The notes beneath the pieces were generated by a model that was not told the DNA's origin, searched no databases, and saw nothing but the letters and a program-made list of their open reading frames with translations. From Candidatus Dormiibacterota bacterium (GTDB taxonomy: Bacteria > Chloroflexota > Dormibacteria > Aeolococcales > Aeolococcaceae), in the NCBI GenBank assembly GCA_963717185.1, contig CAVQVY010000038.1, forward strand, positions 24,565-88,564: a stretch of DNA of 64,000 bases, in the 5' to 3' direction. This document shows positions 19,789 to 30,914 of the stretch, one piece after another; within the stretch, counting starts at the first letter, position 1; each line of letters starts with the position of its first letter. The translations under genes were made by a program, and so were the position numbers.

Positions 19789-20904
19789 TCATGCGCTGTG
19801 TTGAACCAACGTCCGCTGAGCCCTCGGAATCTCCACGACCGACCGCTCGCTGAATTGAGCGCCGTGCTCGATTTTCCACCGCTCATTGGCCATGGCGTAG
19901 CTCGACACGGGTGGCTTAGGAAAGCGTAGTTCGCGGTCGAACAGCTCCAGGTTGTATCCGCGACGCAAAGGATTACGCATAAAATCAATGACGATCCGGA
20001 GCCAGTTGCCAAAATTTCTCTGGGCTTCCGGTCGGGCGGCGTAACGTCGTGCGGTGGTTTCGAAATCCTCGGCGGGATCGCCCGATACTTCCAGAACGTC
20101 ATTCGTGGGTGCGCTCAGTGCAAAGGCACCTCGCTTGTGATCTTCGACGTAATAACGCAGGTTGCTCGCCAGGAAAGCGTCGACGTTCGCCGAGCGTGCG
20201 GCCTTGAGGAACAACCACCACGGCAGGTCAATGCGACGGACTTTCCGCCTCAGCACACGGCCCAAAATCGCCGCCATGTCGTTCCCCGAAAGCAAGGCCG
20301 GTCCGGTTGGCCGATACTGTTTGCCAGCATGTTTGTCTGGATCCATGAGCGCGGCGACCACGACCCGGGCAATATCCTCATTGGAAGGTGGCGCGTCTTT
20401 GCTGTCGCCGGTGATGGTCGGGAACACACCGAGCTGAGCGGCATATGGAATCATCCGCAGGTAGTTGTCGGCAAAGTATCCCGGGTTCACCCTCACATGC
20501 GCCACGCCGGGGATCATGGAGAAAACTTGATCCGCGAGCCAGGCTTGTCGTGTTGCGAGCGAGGGATGTATCGGGCTCGCCAGCCATTGGCCCAGGCTTA
20601 CAACTGCTTCCAGCTTTGCTTCCCGCGCGGCAGCCGCGAAGGCCGCAACACTCTGGATCATGTAGGGATCGTAGGCGGGTAAATAGTAGGCGCGCGGCGT
20701 GTCGCGCATCGCGGCGAGCAGCTGATCGGGATCGAACATATCGGCGACCACTGTTTCGGCCCCTTTGCGTTCCAACGCCTCGCTACGAGCATCTTGCGAA
20801 TGGACCACGGCCCGCACCGGCACACCTTTCGCAAGAAGTTCATCCACCACCGCGCGTCCGGTCTTTCCGGTCGCACCCGTCACGAGAATCCTGGGCTGTT
20901 TCAT
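19789..20904 (-). CDS. NmrA-like NAD(P)-binding protein
   Basis: ILVTGATGKTGRAVVDELLAKGVPVRAVV is a Rossmann-type motif, and the gene is 371 aa. A GGGAGG RBS is present. Confidence 0.75.
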   Translation of the reverse strand: MKQPRILVTGATGKTGRAVVDELLAKGVPVRAVVHSQDARSEALERKGAETVVADMFDPDQLLAAMRDTPRAYYLPAYDPYMIQSVAAFAAAAREAKLEAVVSLGQWLASPIHPSLATRQAWLADQVFSMIPGVAHVRVNPGYFADNYLRMIPYAAQLGVFPTITGDSKDAPPSNEDIARVVVAALMDPDKHAGKQYRPTGPALLSGNDMAAILGRVLRRKVRRIDLPWWLFLKAARSANVDAFLASNLRYYVEDHKRGAFALSAPTNDVLEVSGDPAEDFETTARRYAARPEAQRNFGNWLRIVIDFMRNPLRRGYNLELFDRELRFPKPPVSSYAMANERWKIEHGAQFSERSVVEIPRAQRTLVQHSA

Positions 20905-20942
20905 TGATCGGCCTCCCTTAATGAAGTTTCGTTCCCTAGTAG

Positions 20943-20960
20943 TAGATGTATATACATCTA
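20943..20960. promoter_or_regulatory. Perfect 18-bp palindrome TAGATGTATATACATCTA (candidate MarR operator upstream of the NmrA-like gene)
   Basis: Read directly from the sequence. It lies between the marR stop (20977) and the NmrA-like start (20904). Its 15-nt core recurs at 21444-21458. Confidence 0.45.
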
Positions 20961-20976
20961 GTTGGTTGCAAGAAAT

Positions 20977-21438
20977 TCACGCTTCCGACGCCGCCGCGGT
21001 CACCTGCGATACCGTTTCTTTCATCCGGTTCCAACCCCCATCTCCGAGCTTTCGTCGTAGCCTTTGTTCCGCCGACTCCCAATGGGACTGAGCCTCTGCC
21101 ATTTGCCGCCTACCCGCTGCTGTGAGGCTGAACAGACGGTGTCTCTTGTCTGTGCCGCGCTTCACCTGAACCCAGCCCTGCTTCAGCAGTGGACTCAAGG
21201 TCCGGGTCAGAGTCGTGCTATCCATCGCGAAGCCCGCGCTTAGCCGTTTCTGATTCGCCTCTCCCATCTTCGCCAGCGCCGTGAGCAAGCCAAACTGCGT
21301 GATCTCCATGTCTGCCTTTCGGAGTTCTTGGTCATAGATCCGCGTGACGATGCGCGTGAGGCGTCGGAGGTTCTGACAGGCGCAGGGCAGTGGAAAGAGC
21401 GTGAGCGCGGACTCGCTTCTCTGAGGTTTTGCGTTCAT
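20977..21438 (-). CDS. MarR-family transcriptional regulator
   Basis: ITQFGLLTALAKMGEANQKRLSAGFAMDSTTLTRTLSPLLKQGWVQVKRGTDKRHRLFSLTAAGR is a MarR wHTH. I prefer the start at the internal ATG 21438. Confidence 0.8.
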   Translation of the reverse strand: MNAKPQRSESALTLFPLPCACQNLRRLTRIVTRIYDQELRKADMEITQFGLLTALAKMGEANQKRLSAGFAMDSTTLTRTLSPLLKQGWVQVKRGTDKRHRLFSLTAAGRRQMAEAQSHWESAEQRLRRKLGDGGWNRMKETVSQVTAAASEA

Positions 21439-21440
21439 AC

Positions 21441-21458
21441 TATATGTATATACATCTA
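21441..21458. promoter_or_regulatory. Second copy of the ATGTATATACATCTA core (candidate MarR autoregulatory operator)
   Basis: TATATGTATATACATCTA is read directly. It contains the 12-bp palindrome ATGTATATACAT. It sits immediately upstream of the preferred marR start. Confidence 0.4.
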
Positions 21459-21691
21459 TATGTGCCGGGCTGTCAATCAGGGCCATCGCGGGGAAGGAGC
21501 CATGCTTAAGCGGATAATCTGGTAATCAGAAAACTAGCATAACCGTCACAGAAGCTTCGCGCAATTTCGCCGACTGCGTGAACCGCGCGCTGTATCACTA
21601 GGGTGAACGTATTTCCGGGACGGGACACTAACTTCTGATTACAAATCCGAGCAGCATTTTGGCCCAACACCAGTATATCCGAGTTGAGTTA

Positions 21692-22858
21692 TCAATACGG
21701 GGCGCGACTCGAAACGCCGTACGCCTTCAGGATGTCGCGCACTTCATCGAGCGGCTGGCCGTTCCGCATCCGCGCGAGACTCGCCTCCATGCTTGCGATC
21801 GCCTCATTGAGCCAACGCATTTCCGCCGGGTCCTCCGTTCGCAGACCGATACCAAGTGATCCGACTGGTACCGCGATGGGCTGGTAACGCGGATGATAAG
21901 GCAATTCGGTGAGCTCCCGTTCCAGTTCGGACACCTGCTCTTTGAGAACCTGATTGTAGATGGAAAGTTTCTCTTCCGTCAGGCGCTCCACGTCGCCCTC
22001 CTCTCGCTGAATCCACTCCATTTCCAGGCGCAGCAATGTGTGGAGGTCGTTGTCCCGGTAGGCTGCGGTTAGCTCCTGCATGAGAACCCCCTTCGCCTGT
22101 TTCCGTCCGGCATCCGGCTCCAGGTCGGGATGCAGCACTTTCGCGAGCTGTTTGTAGACGCTCGCGATACTCTTATTGCGGAGCTGCTCGGCCTGCCGCA
22201 TGCGCTCCTCCTTCTCCAACTGGCGCTTGGTGCGGCGCGCCGGCGGGTGGAATGAACGTTCTTCCTCTTCAGCCTTCTGCTGAATCTTCTCCGCCATTTC
22301 TGCCGCCTTGGCGGCCAACTCCTCATCGCTCATGTCACGTCGCAGGTCGGACAGATCGATTCCGATACCGAATTCGTCGAACATCGCCTTCATTGCCGAC
22401 CGTACTTCATCCATCTCTTCCTGTTCGACCTGCCCGAAATCAACGCCATGAACCTGCTTGAAAAGCGCCTGGAGATCCTCATCGGTCAACGAGCCTTCCT
22501 CGCCGACGATTTCATCTATTTGTTCTCCAATGAACCTCCGCAACGTCTTTCGCTCGCTTTTTCTTAGCCGGTTGCCATCGAGAAACGGCGCGAGCGCTCG
22601 AACGAGTTCCTTGCGCAGTGCCGTCTGCCGCTGCAGCCGCGGGTGCAGGTGGCGACCGTAATAGGCCAGCGCCTCATCGAGCCGGCGGATTTCGCGATCC
22701 AGCCTAGTCCGCAGTTCTTCCACTTTGGTAACCAGCCGGTTGAAAGCACGCTGCGCTTTGGACAACGGCCGACCCGGCCGGGAGATCACGACCAGTCCGC
22801 CCACCTCAGGGGGCCTGAACAATTCGTTTCCGAACAGAGATTTTTGCTTTTCCTCCAC
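21692..22858 (-). CDS. J-domain (DnaJ-like) protein with long coiled-coil/acidic N-terminal region
   Basis: SVYKQLAKVLHPDLEPDAGRKQAKGVLMQELTAAYRDNDLHTLLRL contains the HPD tripeptide in a J-domain context. The gene is 388 aa with a GTG start. Confidence 0.7.
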   Translation of the reverse strand: MEEKQKSLFGNELFRPPEVGGLVVISRPGRPLSKAQRAFNRLVTKVEELRTRLDREIRRLDEALAYYGRHLHPRLQRQTALRKELVRALAPFLDGNRLRKSERKTLRRFIGEQIDEIVGEEGSLTDEDLQALFKQVHGVDFGQVEQEEMDEVRSAMKAMFDEFGIGIDLSDLRRDMSDEELAAKAAEMAEKIQQKAEEEERSFHPPARRTKRQLEKEERMRQAEQLRNKSIASVYKQLAKVLHPDLEPDAGRKQAKGVLMQELTAAYRDNDLHTLLRLEMEWIQREEGDVERLTEEKLSIYNQVLKEQVSELERELTELPYHPRYQPIAVPVGSLGIGLRTEDPAEMRWLNEAIASMEASLARMRNGQPLDEVRDILKAYGVSSRAPY

Positions 22859-22939
22859 TGCTTCCCCAGCGCACCCGCAAGGTGCCTTGTTTTTATTCGA
22901 GTCCGGCCGAAGCCTGTCTTCCGAGGCTAACCTACAGCC

Positions 22940-23340
22940 TCATCCATCACTGAAGCAAGAGGTTTCCTGCCCTCGCAGGGTCAAAGAACTCGAACGAGCT
23001 GAAAGCTCAGCAGTTATTTCCTCCCCACTCCGATCTGAGGCAAACAAGTTCTCAATGTTTTGAGCGCATAAAACAATTGATTTGGGCTGTGATGGCGGCG
23101 GAATAAAATCGTGACGCAAATAAAATTCCCGAGCCCGTTCATCCCTGGCCTCCACTGCAACCGCGGCGGAGGTAATTTCGCGTGTATTGAGTAGAACTGG
23201 CTTGAATGCATTGAGCAACAAGCGTTCGCCACCACCAGGCCCTCGGAAATCCTGGCTTACCGCCCCGCAGGGCGGCAAGTACGTTCGGGCTAGGGCAGGA
23301 ACTTCCTGGCCACATGAATCGATCGGAGTTCGATAGCCTA
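22940..23340 (-). pseudogene. GNAT acetyltransferase of the TacT/KacT toxin type, degraded C-terminal part
   Basis: GERLLLNAFKPVLLNTREITSAAVAVEARDERAREFYLRHDFIP...NIENLF resembles the C-terminal half of GNAT toxins. The N-terminal about 50 aa and the acetyl-CoA loop are missing or disrupted. There is no DUF1778-type antitoxin upstream; the MFS gene abuts instead. Confidence 0.35.
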
Positions 23341-23402
23341 CGCCACCACCGGATCGTTTAAGGAAAACAAATCTCCTGATGAGACCCTGCTTTCGGTGGG
23401 AG

Positions 23403-24800
23403 CTAGTGCGAAATGGATTCAAGGGCGGCGCCCCGGGTGCGCGGGCCGAAAATGCCGATGGAAAGTATCACGACGAGCATGGAAGCTGCGATGAGACCAA
23501 AAACGCCGGCTACTCCGAAGTCACGCAGAAAGAAGCCGATCATAAGGCTCGTGACGATCGCGCTCAAGCGGCTCCAGGAGTACACGAAGCCGACGGCTTG
23601 GGCGCGGATTCGGGTGGGGAATAATTCAGCCTGGTAGGCATGGAAGGCAAAAGACATCCAATTGTTGGAACAGGTCAGCATAACGCCGCAGAATATCAGC
23701 CACATGGGGGCACGCTGGCGAGCGAAAAGCAAACCAAAAGCAGCGATGCAGACGGCGCTCCAAACTATCTGCCATTTTCGCTCGAATCGATCGGCCACAC
23801 CGAGCGCTAGCAGAGGGCCGATTGGCGCCGAGGTGGCTATGACAAACGAGTATTGAAGGCTCATGGTCGTGGTGATGCCCGTCGACGTTATCAAGGTCGG
23901 GACCCACGATGCGAAACCGTAGTAGCCGATGGTCTGGAAGAAATTGAACACCATGAGCATCAGAGACCGGGACCGATAAGGCGCCTGGAAGACTTCCCAG
24001 AAATTTCCGGAGGACTCGGCAGTAGCAACAGGCGTTGGGGGCGGAAGCCGGACTCCCAATTCACTCGCAACCCGGATCTCCATGGCCGAGGTAACCCTTT
24101 CAGCCTCCGATAGGTGGCCCCTCGCGATCAGCCAACGGGGACTTTCCGGGATGCTTCTTCGAATGAACCACACGAAAATAGCACCCACCGAACCAAGCAG
24201 CACGACCCAACGCCAACCGTCGACTCCGAAAGGACTCACCGGCACGAGCAGCCAGGAGATCAGAGCCACAACCGGGACCACCGTGAACTGGATGGTTTGG
24301 TTGAGGGCGAAGGCGCGCCCACGAAGCGATTTCGGCATGAGCTCGGTTATATATGTGTCGATCGTAACCAGCTCGACGCCGATGCCGATTCCTGCAAGCA
24401 ACCGCCAGAGAACAATGGCCTCCGCACTGCGCTGCAATGCCATTACTACGGTGGCAGCCGCATACCACAAGAGCGAAAAGGTAAAAACCGTACGACGGCC
24501 GAACTGATCAGCCATAAATCCAAATAGGAGAGTTCCTAAGAAAAGTCCTGCGAACGTAGAAGACACAAAGCTAGCCAGGCCGCTAAAACCCAAGAAATGA
24601 ACCGAGGCGCTGGTGAACAGGCCGCTGCGCACGAGACCAGGGCCGATGTAGGCGGTGAAGAACAGGTCATAGAATTCGAAACATCCGCCCAACGATAGAA
24701 GCAGCACCAGCCGCCAGATATATCGAGTAGCCGGAAGCCGATCAAGACGTGCACTGATGACCGCGGCGTCCTGGCTGGCGATGGTGGCTTCAGTAGTCAT
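23403..24800 (-). CDS. MFS transporter (metabolite/sugar:H+ symporter type)
   Basis: 12-TM pattern. ADQFGRRTVF and PESPRWL are sugar-porter-like motifs. The start is ATG 24800 or GTG 24806. Confidence 0.85.
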   Translation of the reverse strand: MTTEATIASQDAAVISARLDRLPATRYIWRLVLLLSLGGCFEFYDLFFTAYIGPGLVRSGLFTSASVHFLGFSGLASFVSSTFAGLFLGTLLFGFMADQFGRRTVFTFSLLWYAAATVVMALQRSAEAIVLWRLLAGIGIGVELVTIDTYITELMPKSLRGRAFALNQTIQFTVVPVVALISWLLVPVSPFGVDGWRWVVLLGSVGAIFVWFIRRSIPESPRWLIARGHLSEAERVTSAMEIRVASELGVRLPPPTPVATAESSGNFWEVFQAPYRSRSLMLMVFNFFQTIGYYGFASWVPTLITSTGITTTMSLQYSFVIATSAPIGPLLALGVADRFERKWQIVWSAVCIAAFGLLFARQRAPMWLIFCGVMLTCSNNWMSFAFHAYQAELFPTRIRAQAVGFVYSWSRLSAIVTSLMIGFFLRDFGVAGVFGLIAASMLVVILSIGIFGPRTRGAALESISH

Positions 24801-24884
24801 GTGCACTTATGCCCGTTGATCGATTCCCGTCGGCCGCCCTCGATTTTCTGGGGGAGCAACCATGAATCTTTGCTTGATTTGCGC

Positions 24885-26383
24885 TCAGAAAATTCCGCCG
24901 ATCCCTTCGGCGAGGGTTTCCAGAGAATCGGCCACATTGAGCCGGCCCAATTGACCCGCCTGGATTCCCGAGAGATCCTCCATGGTTTCAAGAAACCTGC
25001 TCGATTCCTCCAGCGACAGAATTCCCTCCGAGAGGGTTTGGAATTTGCGCTGATAGCCGGCACGGTCCAGCGGCGCCGCACCTAGAGGGTGGGCATTAGC
25101 GACTCTGATTTCTTCTTCGATGCGTTTGCCGTCGCGCATAAAGATTTCCACGCGGCCACCGAACGCTCTTTCCCCGGGATCGGTCGAATGATATCGCCGC
25201 GTCCATTCGGGATCCTCTCGCGTTTCGATTTTATGCCAGAGGCGCACCGTCTCCGGCCGGCTTGCCCGTTCGTTACTATAACTGCGGATGTGATGCCAGT
25301 GACCGTCCTCGACAGCGACGGCAAAAATGTACATGAGCGAATGGTCCAGCGTTTCCCGGCTCGACAGCGGGTCAAGTTTCTGTGGATCGTTGGCACCCGT
25401 GCCAATGACGTGATGAGTGTGGTAACTCGTGTGGATGACAATTTTTTCGACTCGCGAGAGATCGCTGACCCGGGTGCGCATCCGGAACGCCAGATCAATG
25501 AAAGCCTGCGCCTGATACTCTGCGCTGTGTTGTTTTGTATAGCTGTCGAGAATGGCCCTTTCGGTTCTCCAGGCGCCGGCAAGCAGACCGAATAGTGACC
25601 CTCTGGGCCATCTAACATCCGTGCGATAACGCTGTCTTCGCCCTCATATATCGGCGTCGGCGAGGTCTCGCCACGCATCGCGCGATCGATGGCCTCGATG
25701 GCAAGCTTGGCAGCATGGGCCGGCGCGTAAGCCTTCCAACTGCCGATCTGACCCTTGCGCGACTGACGGGTCGTAAAACTTACGTGCACCGCTTGTTGCA
25801 CCGCCTGATAAATTATCCCGGTGGGAAGATTGAGGAGCGCGCCGATTCCGGCGGTTTGTGCCGGACACAGATGAGCGATGTGATCGATGCCGTGCTCGTG
25901 CAGGCAGATCGAGCGGATCAGATTGATTTGAACTTCGTAGGCCGCTGCAATTCCGCGGACCAGATCAATCCCCGATCTGCCCGTGCTTTGGCCCACTGCC
26001 AGAATAGGTGGGATGTTGTCGCCGGGATGTCCAAAGTCAGCGGCGAGAAACGTGTCGTGCATGTCCAGCTCGCGCACAGCCGTGCCATTGGCCCAGGCCG
26101 CCCATTCTGGAGAGAAGCGCCGGCTGCTCGACACACCGTAGACCGTAGCCCCATATTGCCGCGGATGTGCCAAGGCCATGCTGCGGGCGGAGACCACCGG
26201 AGGGCGATTGGTGGCAGCAATCGCAACTGCGGAAACGTCGATGATGCGGTTGGCGATCATCTCAGCCACATCCACTGGAACGCTGACAGGGTCCGCGGCA
26301 ACAGCGGCTATCTTCCAGGCCAACTGATTTTCTTTCGGAAGGCGCGCGGTGGACGGATAAACGCGCACATCATGCAGCTGCAT
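24885..26383 (-). pseudogene. prpD: MmgE/PrpD-family dehydratase (2-methylcitrate dehydratase-like), single frameshift
   Basis: The N-terminal 2/3 is in the 25082..26395 ORF (...GHPGDNIPPILAVGQ...) up to GEPK. It continues in the 24885..25481 frame as [24 protein letters not shown]...[16 protein letters not shown] 1-nt indel lies at about 25555-25563 (AAAGGGCC). Confidence 0.8.
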
Positions 26384-26444
26384 TAACACTCCCATACAAA
26401 TGGCAAACCGTCAGTAGCAGTGAGCGAAGCTAATTGTGGGGCCG

Positions 26445-27319
26445 TCAGGACTTTTTGATCGAGTATTTTCGCTCCAGCCCGTCGAAGAAAGGTTTCCGGA
26501 CCAGAGTCTGTCGCTCGGCAAACGTTGCTACGTTCGAAGCCGTTTCAACCAAGGAACCCCGCATCTTCAACTCTTCCAGGGCCGTTTGCATTCCTCTGAT
26601 GGCTCCCTGCAGCGCCGCGTTGGCGTAAAGCACCATGCCGGCGCCGATCGCTTGGAGTTCTTGCGCAGCAACGATAGGTGTCCTCCCGCCGATCACCATG
26701 TTAAGGACTTGCGGAACTTTCAGGCGGGAGGTGATTTGTCGCATTTCGTCGATGCTTTCGGGCGCCTCAACGAAGGTGAGATCCGCGCCGGCATCGATGA
26801 ACTGGGCGGCACGGTCGATCGCGGCATCGATTCCATGCACAGCTCTGGCATCGGTGCGCGCTAGGATCAAACAGCTCCTGTTTTCCGGGCATCGACCGCC
26901 GCTTTCACTTTTTCGACCATTTCTTGGGTTGAGATTAGCTCTTTGCCCGCGAAGTGCCCGCAACGTTTGGGGAAGATCTGGTCTTCGATCTGGACGGCAT
27001 CCGCGCCGGCGCGCTCCAGGGTGCGGACGGTATGACGCACATTCAGAGGGTTGCCAAACCCGGTATCCGCATCGACGATCAGCGGAACATCCACAACGTC
27101 GCGGATCGCGAATGTATGTTCGGCGAGTTGCGATAGGCTGATGAACCCGAGATCGGGCATGCCGAGGAAGGTATTCGTAATGCCCGCGCCGGTTATGTAG
27201 ACTGCCTCGAAGCCAAGACCAGCGCTGATTTGCGCCGCTAACGCGTTGGCTGCACCGGGGACCATCAATCCGCGACGTTCCGCCAACTTGGCGCGGAGCG
27301 TTTCGCCATTTTTGCTCAC
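26445..27319 (-). pseudogene. prpB: Isocitrate lyase/PEP mutase family (methylisocitrate lyase-like), single frameshift
   Basis: GTG start. LMVPGAANALAAQISAGLGFEAVYITGAG...IVDADTGFGN...QIEDQIFPKRCGH extends up to DARKTGA. It continues in another frame as LILARTDARAVHGIDAAIDRAAQFIDAGADLTFVEAP. The indel lies at about 26868-26885. Confidence 0.75.
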
Positions 27320-27514
27320 CGAAAAGCCTCACACCTTGCAACTACCACCCGACGCGTGATTGCCCGGTCGTCGACCCTGGGAAGGTAGGTCGAGGGCGCC
27401 CGGAGATAGCCACGGCATCTCTGGCTTAGTCTGCCTCTTGGTCCGCGTCGATTCGGAAAAACGAACCACCGGGTCTTTGGCAGGCCCGGCTTTTTGCCCG
27501 GACTCCTTCGATCG

Positions 27515-30500
27515 CTACCAAATCAGCTTGAGACTCAGCTGGATTTCCCGCGGGTCGGTTGTGACCGTATCGAGGGTCCCCGGCACCGCCAGCGGGAGCC
27601 CCGCTGCCGGTGAACAGAGCTTCGTTGTCGAGAGGTGACTGGAAATTGGCATGATTCAGGACGTTGAAGAACTCCGCTCGGAACTGAACGTTGAAGGTTT
27701 CAGACACCTTGGGAATGTAGGTGTTCTTGAAAACGGAGAAGTCCATATCAAACAATCCCGGGCCATACATCCCGTTGCGGCCGGAGTTGCCGTAGAGATT
27801 TGCGCAGTATACCTGGCCGCCCGGAGGGGGATTGGGGGTGCCGGAGAAAGTCGCGCATTGCGCCGCCAGGGAGGCCGGAGCGGTGGGCGGCGTGAAACAA
27901 TTCAAATTGACATATTGCAGCGTGGTTCTGTAATTCGGAGCGATTCGATTGCAGCCCGCGATGCGGCTCGGAATGTCAAACGGATCGGAACTCTTCTGCG
28001 GGAGAGGGTCGCCGCCCATCACCACTGAAAAAGGCGAACCCGAACTCGATGTGACGATCGCTCCCAGTTCCCAACCGCCGAGGACATAGGAGAGAGGGCT
28101 TGAACCGGCCTTCGGGCCGGGAACATCCCAGATCGCGTTTGCGACGAAATTCTGGCTGATGTTGAAGTCACAGGGAGCGAAGCGGTCCAAGTTCTCGAAG
28201 AAAATAAGAGAGGAGAACGAGTTCTGATACGGGTCGCCAATGTCGCCGCTGGAGCTGTTGTCCTCGCAGCGGCTTCAAGTGTAACTGCCTTGTAGTTGCA
28301 GACCATGGCTCATCCGTTTGATGAGTTCAGCCTGTAAGGCATTGTAGTGAGCGCCGACTGCCCAAAAAGTAGGCCGGAGCTGGCCGACGTTTGGATCGAT
28401 CTGGACGCTCGGCGCACCGGAAGCGGTTATACCCGCGGTGCATTGGCCGGCTACGATCGGTGGTCCGCAGGGCCAAAGATCGCCGACGCCGGCCACTCGG
28501 CTGACCGGTGCGACCATGTTGCTGTCATCGGTCGTGAAGGGCGAATGGAGCGTATGGGACCCGACGTAACCCAAAGTCGCGGTCAACGAACTGGTGATCT
28601 GGCGCTGAACGTTCAGGCTCCAGTTCATGGCGTAGTTGTCTTTGGGGTGCTGGTCTGGAGCATAGGCTTGGTAGCTGGTCGTGGAAGCGCTGAGTTTTGC
28701 CGCGGCGTTGGTGGGAAAGTCCCCGGGACTCAAATTGCCGGCACTAATGGTCCGGGCGAAAGGAAACGAGCCCGATTCTTGAATATTACTGACCCATGGA
28801 CCGGGAAGGACGTCGAAGATTCCGAAACTGCCGCGGACCGAAGTCTTACCGGTATGGAACGGATCCCAGGCGAAGCCCACTCTCGGTTCGAAGTTATGCA
28901 GTGTCGGATTTGACTGCCAGAGATGCTGGACGCGCGTGGGAACGCCGCCGAAGATGTTCGTTACTACGGTGAACAAATCGTGCGCCTCGGTGGGGAGGGT
29001 TCCGGGTTCGTATCGCATCCCCAGGTTGAAGGTTAGATTGGAACGGAAGCGCCAATCGTCCTGCAAGTACATTCCAAAGAATGTAATTCGATTTCCAAGT
29101 TCGATCGAGTTCGTCGGATCGCCAATGATCAAGTTGCTGGGGGCGTTTTGCAGGAACGACAGGATCGAGCCGAATCCGTAGGTTCCGTTCGGCCTCTGAA
29201 CCGACAGTTCATTGTACTGTATATGCTCGACCGAAAATCCCACCTTCAAGGCGTGAGCCGAGTGAGTGATAAACGCGTCGTCGTAGAATTGGAACGAGTT
29301 CTGGAAATGATTGTTGCGCGTCTGACTCCCGAGCGACCCCTGTGCGGTACCAAGACCCGTCACGTTGAGAATGGGGGCTGGTCGGTTTGCAACCGCGCCC
29401 AAAGTGGTGTCACCAGCAAGCGGAACAAGAGCAGTGACGGGCTCACCCACCAAACCGTTTGTGCGGTTGTATCCGACGCGGAAGGTGTTCACAAGTGTAG
29501 GGCTGAAAACGTGAGTTTCCTCTATGCCGCCCATGATTCTTTCGCTAAAGGTCTCCGTCGTGGACTCCAGATAGGCATCCGGAGTGATTTGAGGAGACTT
29601 ATCGAAGAACCAGACCACGTCTAGGCTGTCTTTATCTGAAAACTTGTGGTCGACCCGGGCGGTCACGTAGTTTTCCGTGTATTGCTGCGATGGCGAGCTG
29701 ACGAAGAATCCGGTGTCGCCGCTCCCGGTGGGCGTAAAGCCCGCGTTCGGAAGGGGATAAAAAGGAAGATATTTCAGCACCGCTGTGTCAATGCCGGTTG
29801 CCGGGTCCGGGTTAAAAGCGCCGGTCACCTGGTGAGTGCTGCAAGGGGCACCGCTCGGGGCCAACGCAGGATTGGAGCAGAGCGTGCCCTGCCGGAGAGC
29901 GGCCGAAGGCACCACGAGTTTCACGCTATTGAGCCCCTTGGTTTGGCGAATGCCTTCGTAGTCGGCGAAGAAGAAGGTTTTGTCCTTGCGAATAGGGCCG
30001 CCGAAGGACCCCCCAAATTGGTTGCGGTGGAACGGCGATTTCTTCACGTCAAAAAAGCTCTTGGCATCCAGTCCCTCGTCTCGGAGGAACCAATAGGCAC
30101 TGCCGTGAAAACCGTTGGTGCCCTGTCGCGTGATGGCGTTGATCACTCCGCCTGAGGTTCGTCCGTACTCGGCCGTGTAGTTGGAAGTGAGCACCGAGAA
30201 TTCCTGGATCGCATCCACTCCGAGCTGCGCTCCGGCAACGCTGCCGGGGGAGCCGTTCGAGTAGTCATTCACACTGATCCCGTTGACTCGATAGTTGTTT
30301 TCCGTAGGACGATGGCCGCTAACCGACAATTGGTTTCCGAAGCCACGGTTACCACGGTTGACGGTACCGGTGGTTCCGATCTGGGTACGGATGCCGAGAG
30401 TCCCGGGTTGAAGAACCGCCAGAGAACTCCAGTCGCGGCCGTTGAGAGGTAACTCTCGCACTGTGGTGGAGTCGACTTCCGCGCTGATTGCAGAGGAAGC

Positions 30501-30914
30501 AAGCTCGACTGCGGGCGCCTCCCCGGTGACTTCCACTGTCTGAGTGACCTGACCGAGCTTCAGAGAAGGATTGAGAACCTGCTGAGAGCCGACCGTCAGC
30601 GTGATGCCATTTTGAACGAGCTTGGAGAAACCTTGAGCCGAGACGGTCACTTCGTAGTTTCCAGGAGACAAATTGGGAGCATTGTAGAAACCAGCCGCGT
30701 CGGTCGTTACCGTGCGGGTGATGCCGGTTTCCGTGTTTCGAATCGCCACGCTGGCATTGGCAACTTCCGCGCCGGAGGAGTCGGTCACCGTACCGGAGAG
30801 CGTCGCGCCAGCGACTTGCGCACGAAGCAGCCAGGGGAAGATAAGGACCAGCGTCAAGGCGATGAACGCACCGTAAATTGCAAAACCATCCTTGGACAGT
30901 CTCGAGTGACGCAT
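27515..30914 (-). pseudogene. CarboxypepD_reg/TonB-dependent receptor (Acidobacteria type) with an in-frame TGA and a C-terminal frameshift
   Basis: An AAGGAGG RBS precedes the ATG at 30914. A signal peptide is followed by GTVTDSSGAEVANASVAIRNTETGITRTVTTDAAGFYNAPNLSPGNYEV. An in-frame TGA at 28277-28275 sits where the family has Trp (GSYT*S..DNSS). The frame continues to about 27600. A 1-nt shift is then needed to reach the canonical end TLDTVTTDPREIQLSLKLIW with a stop at 27515. Confidence 0.8.

Noticed and set aside
28275-28277. TGA recoding (Trp or selenocysteine) in the receptor gene
   Set aside because: Many other genes in the same half end with TGA at sensible positions. I noticed no SECIS-like hairpin directly downstream, and the gene also carries a frameshift. 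A nonsense mutation is simpler.
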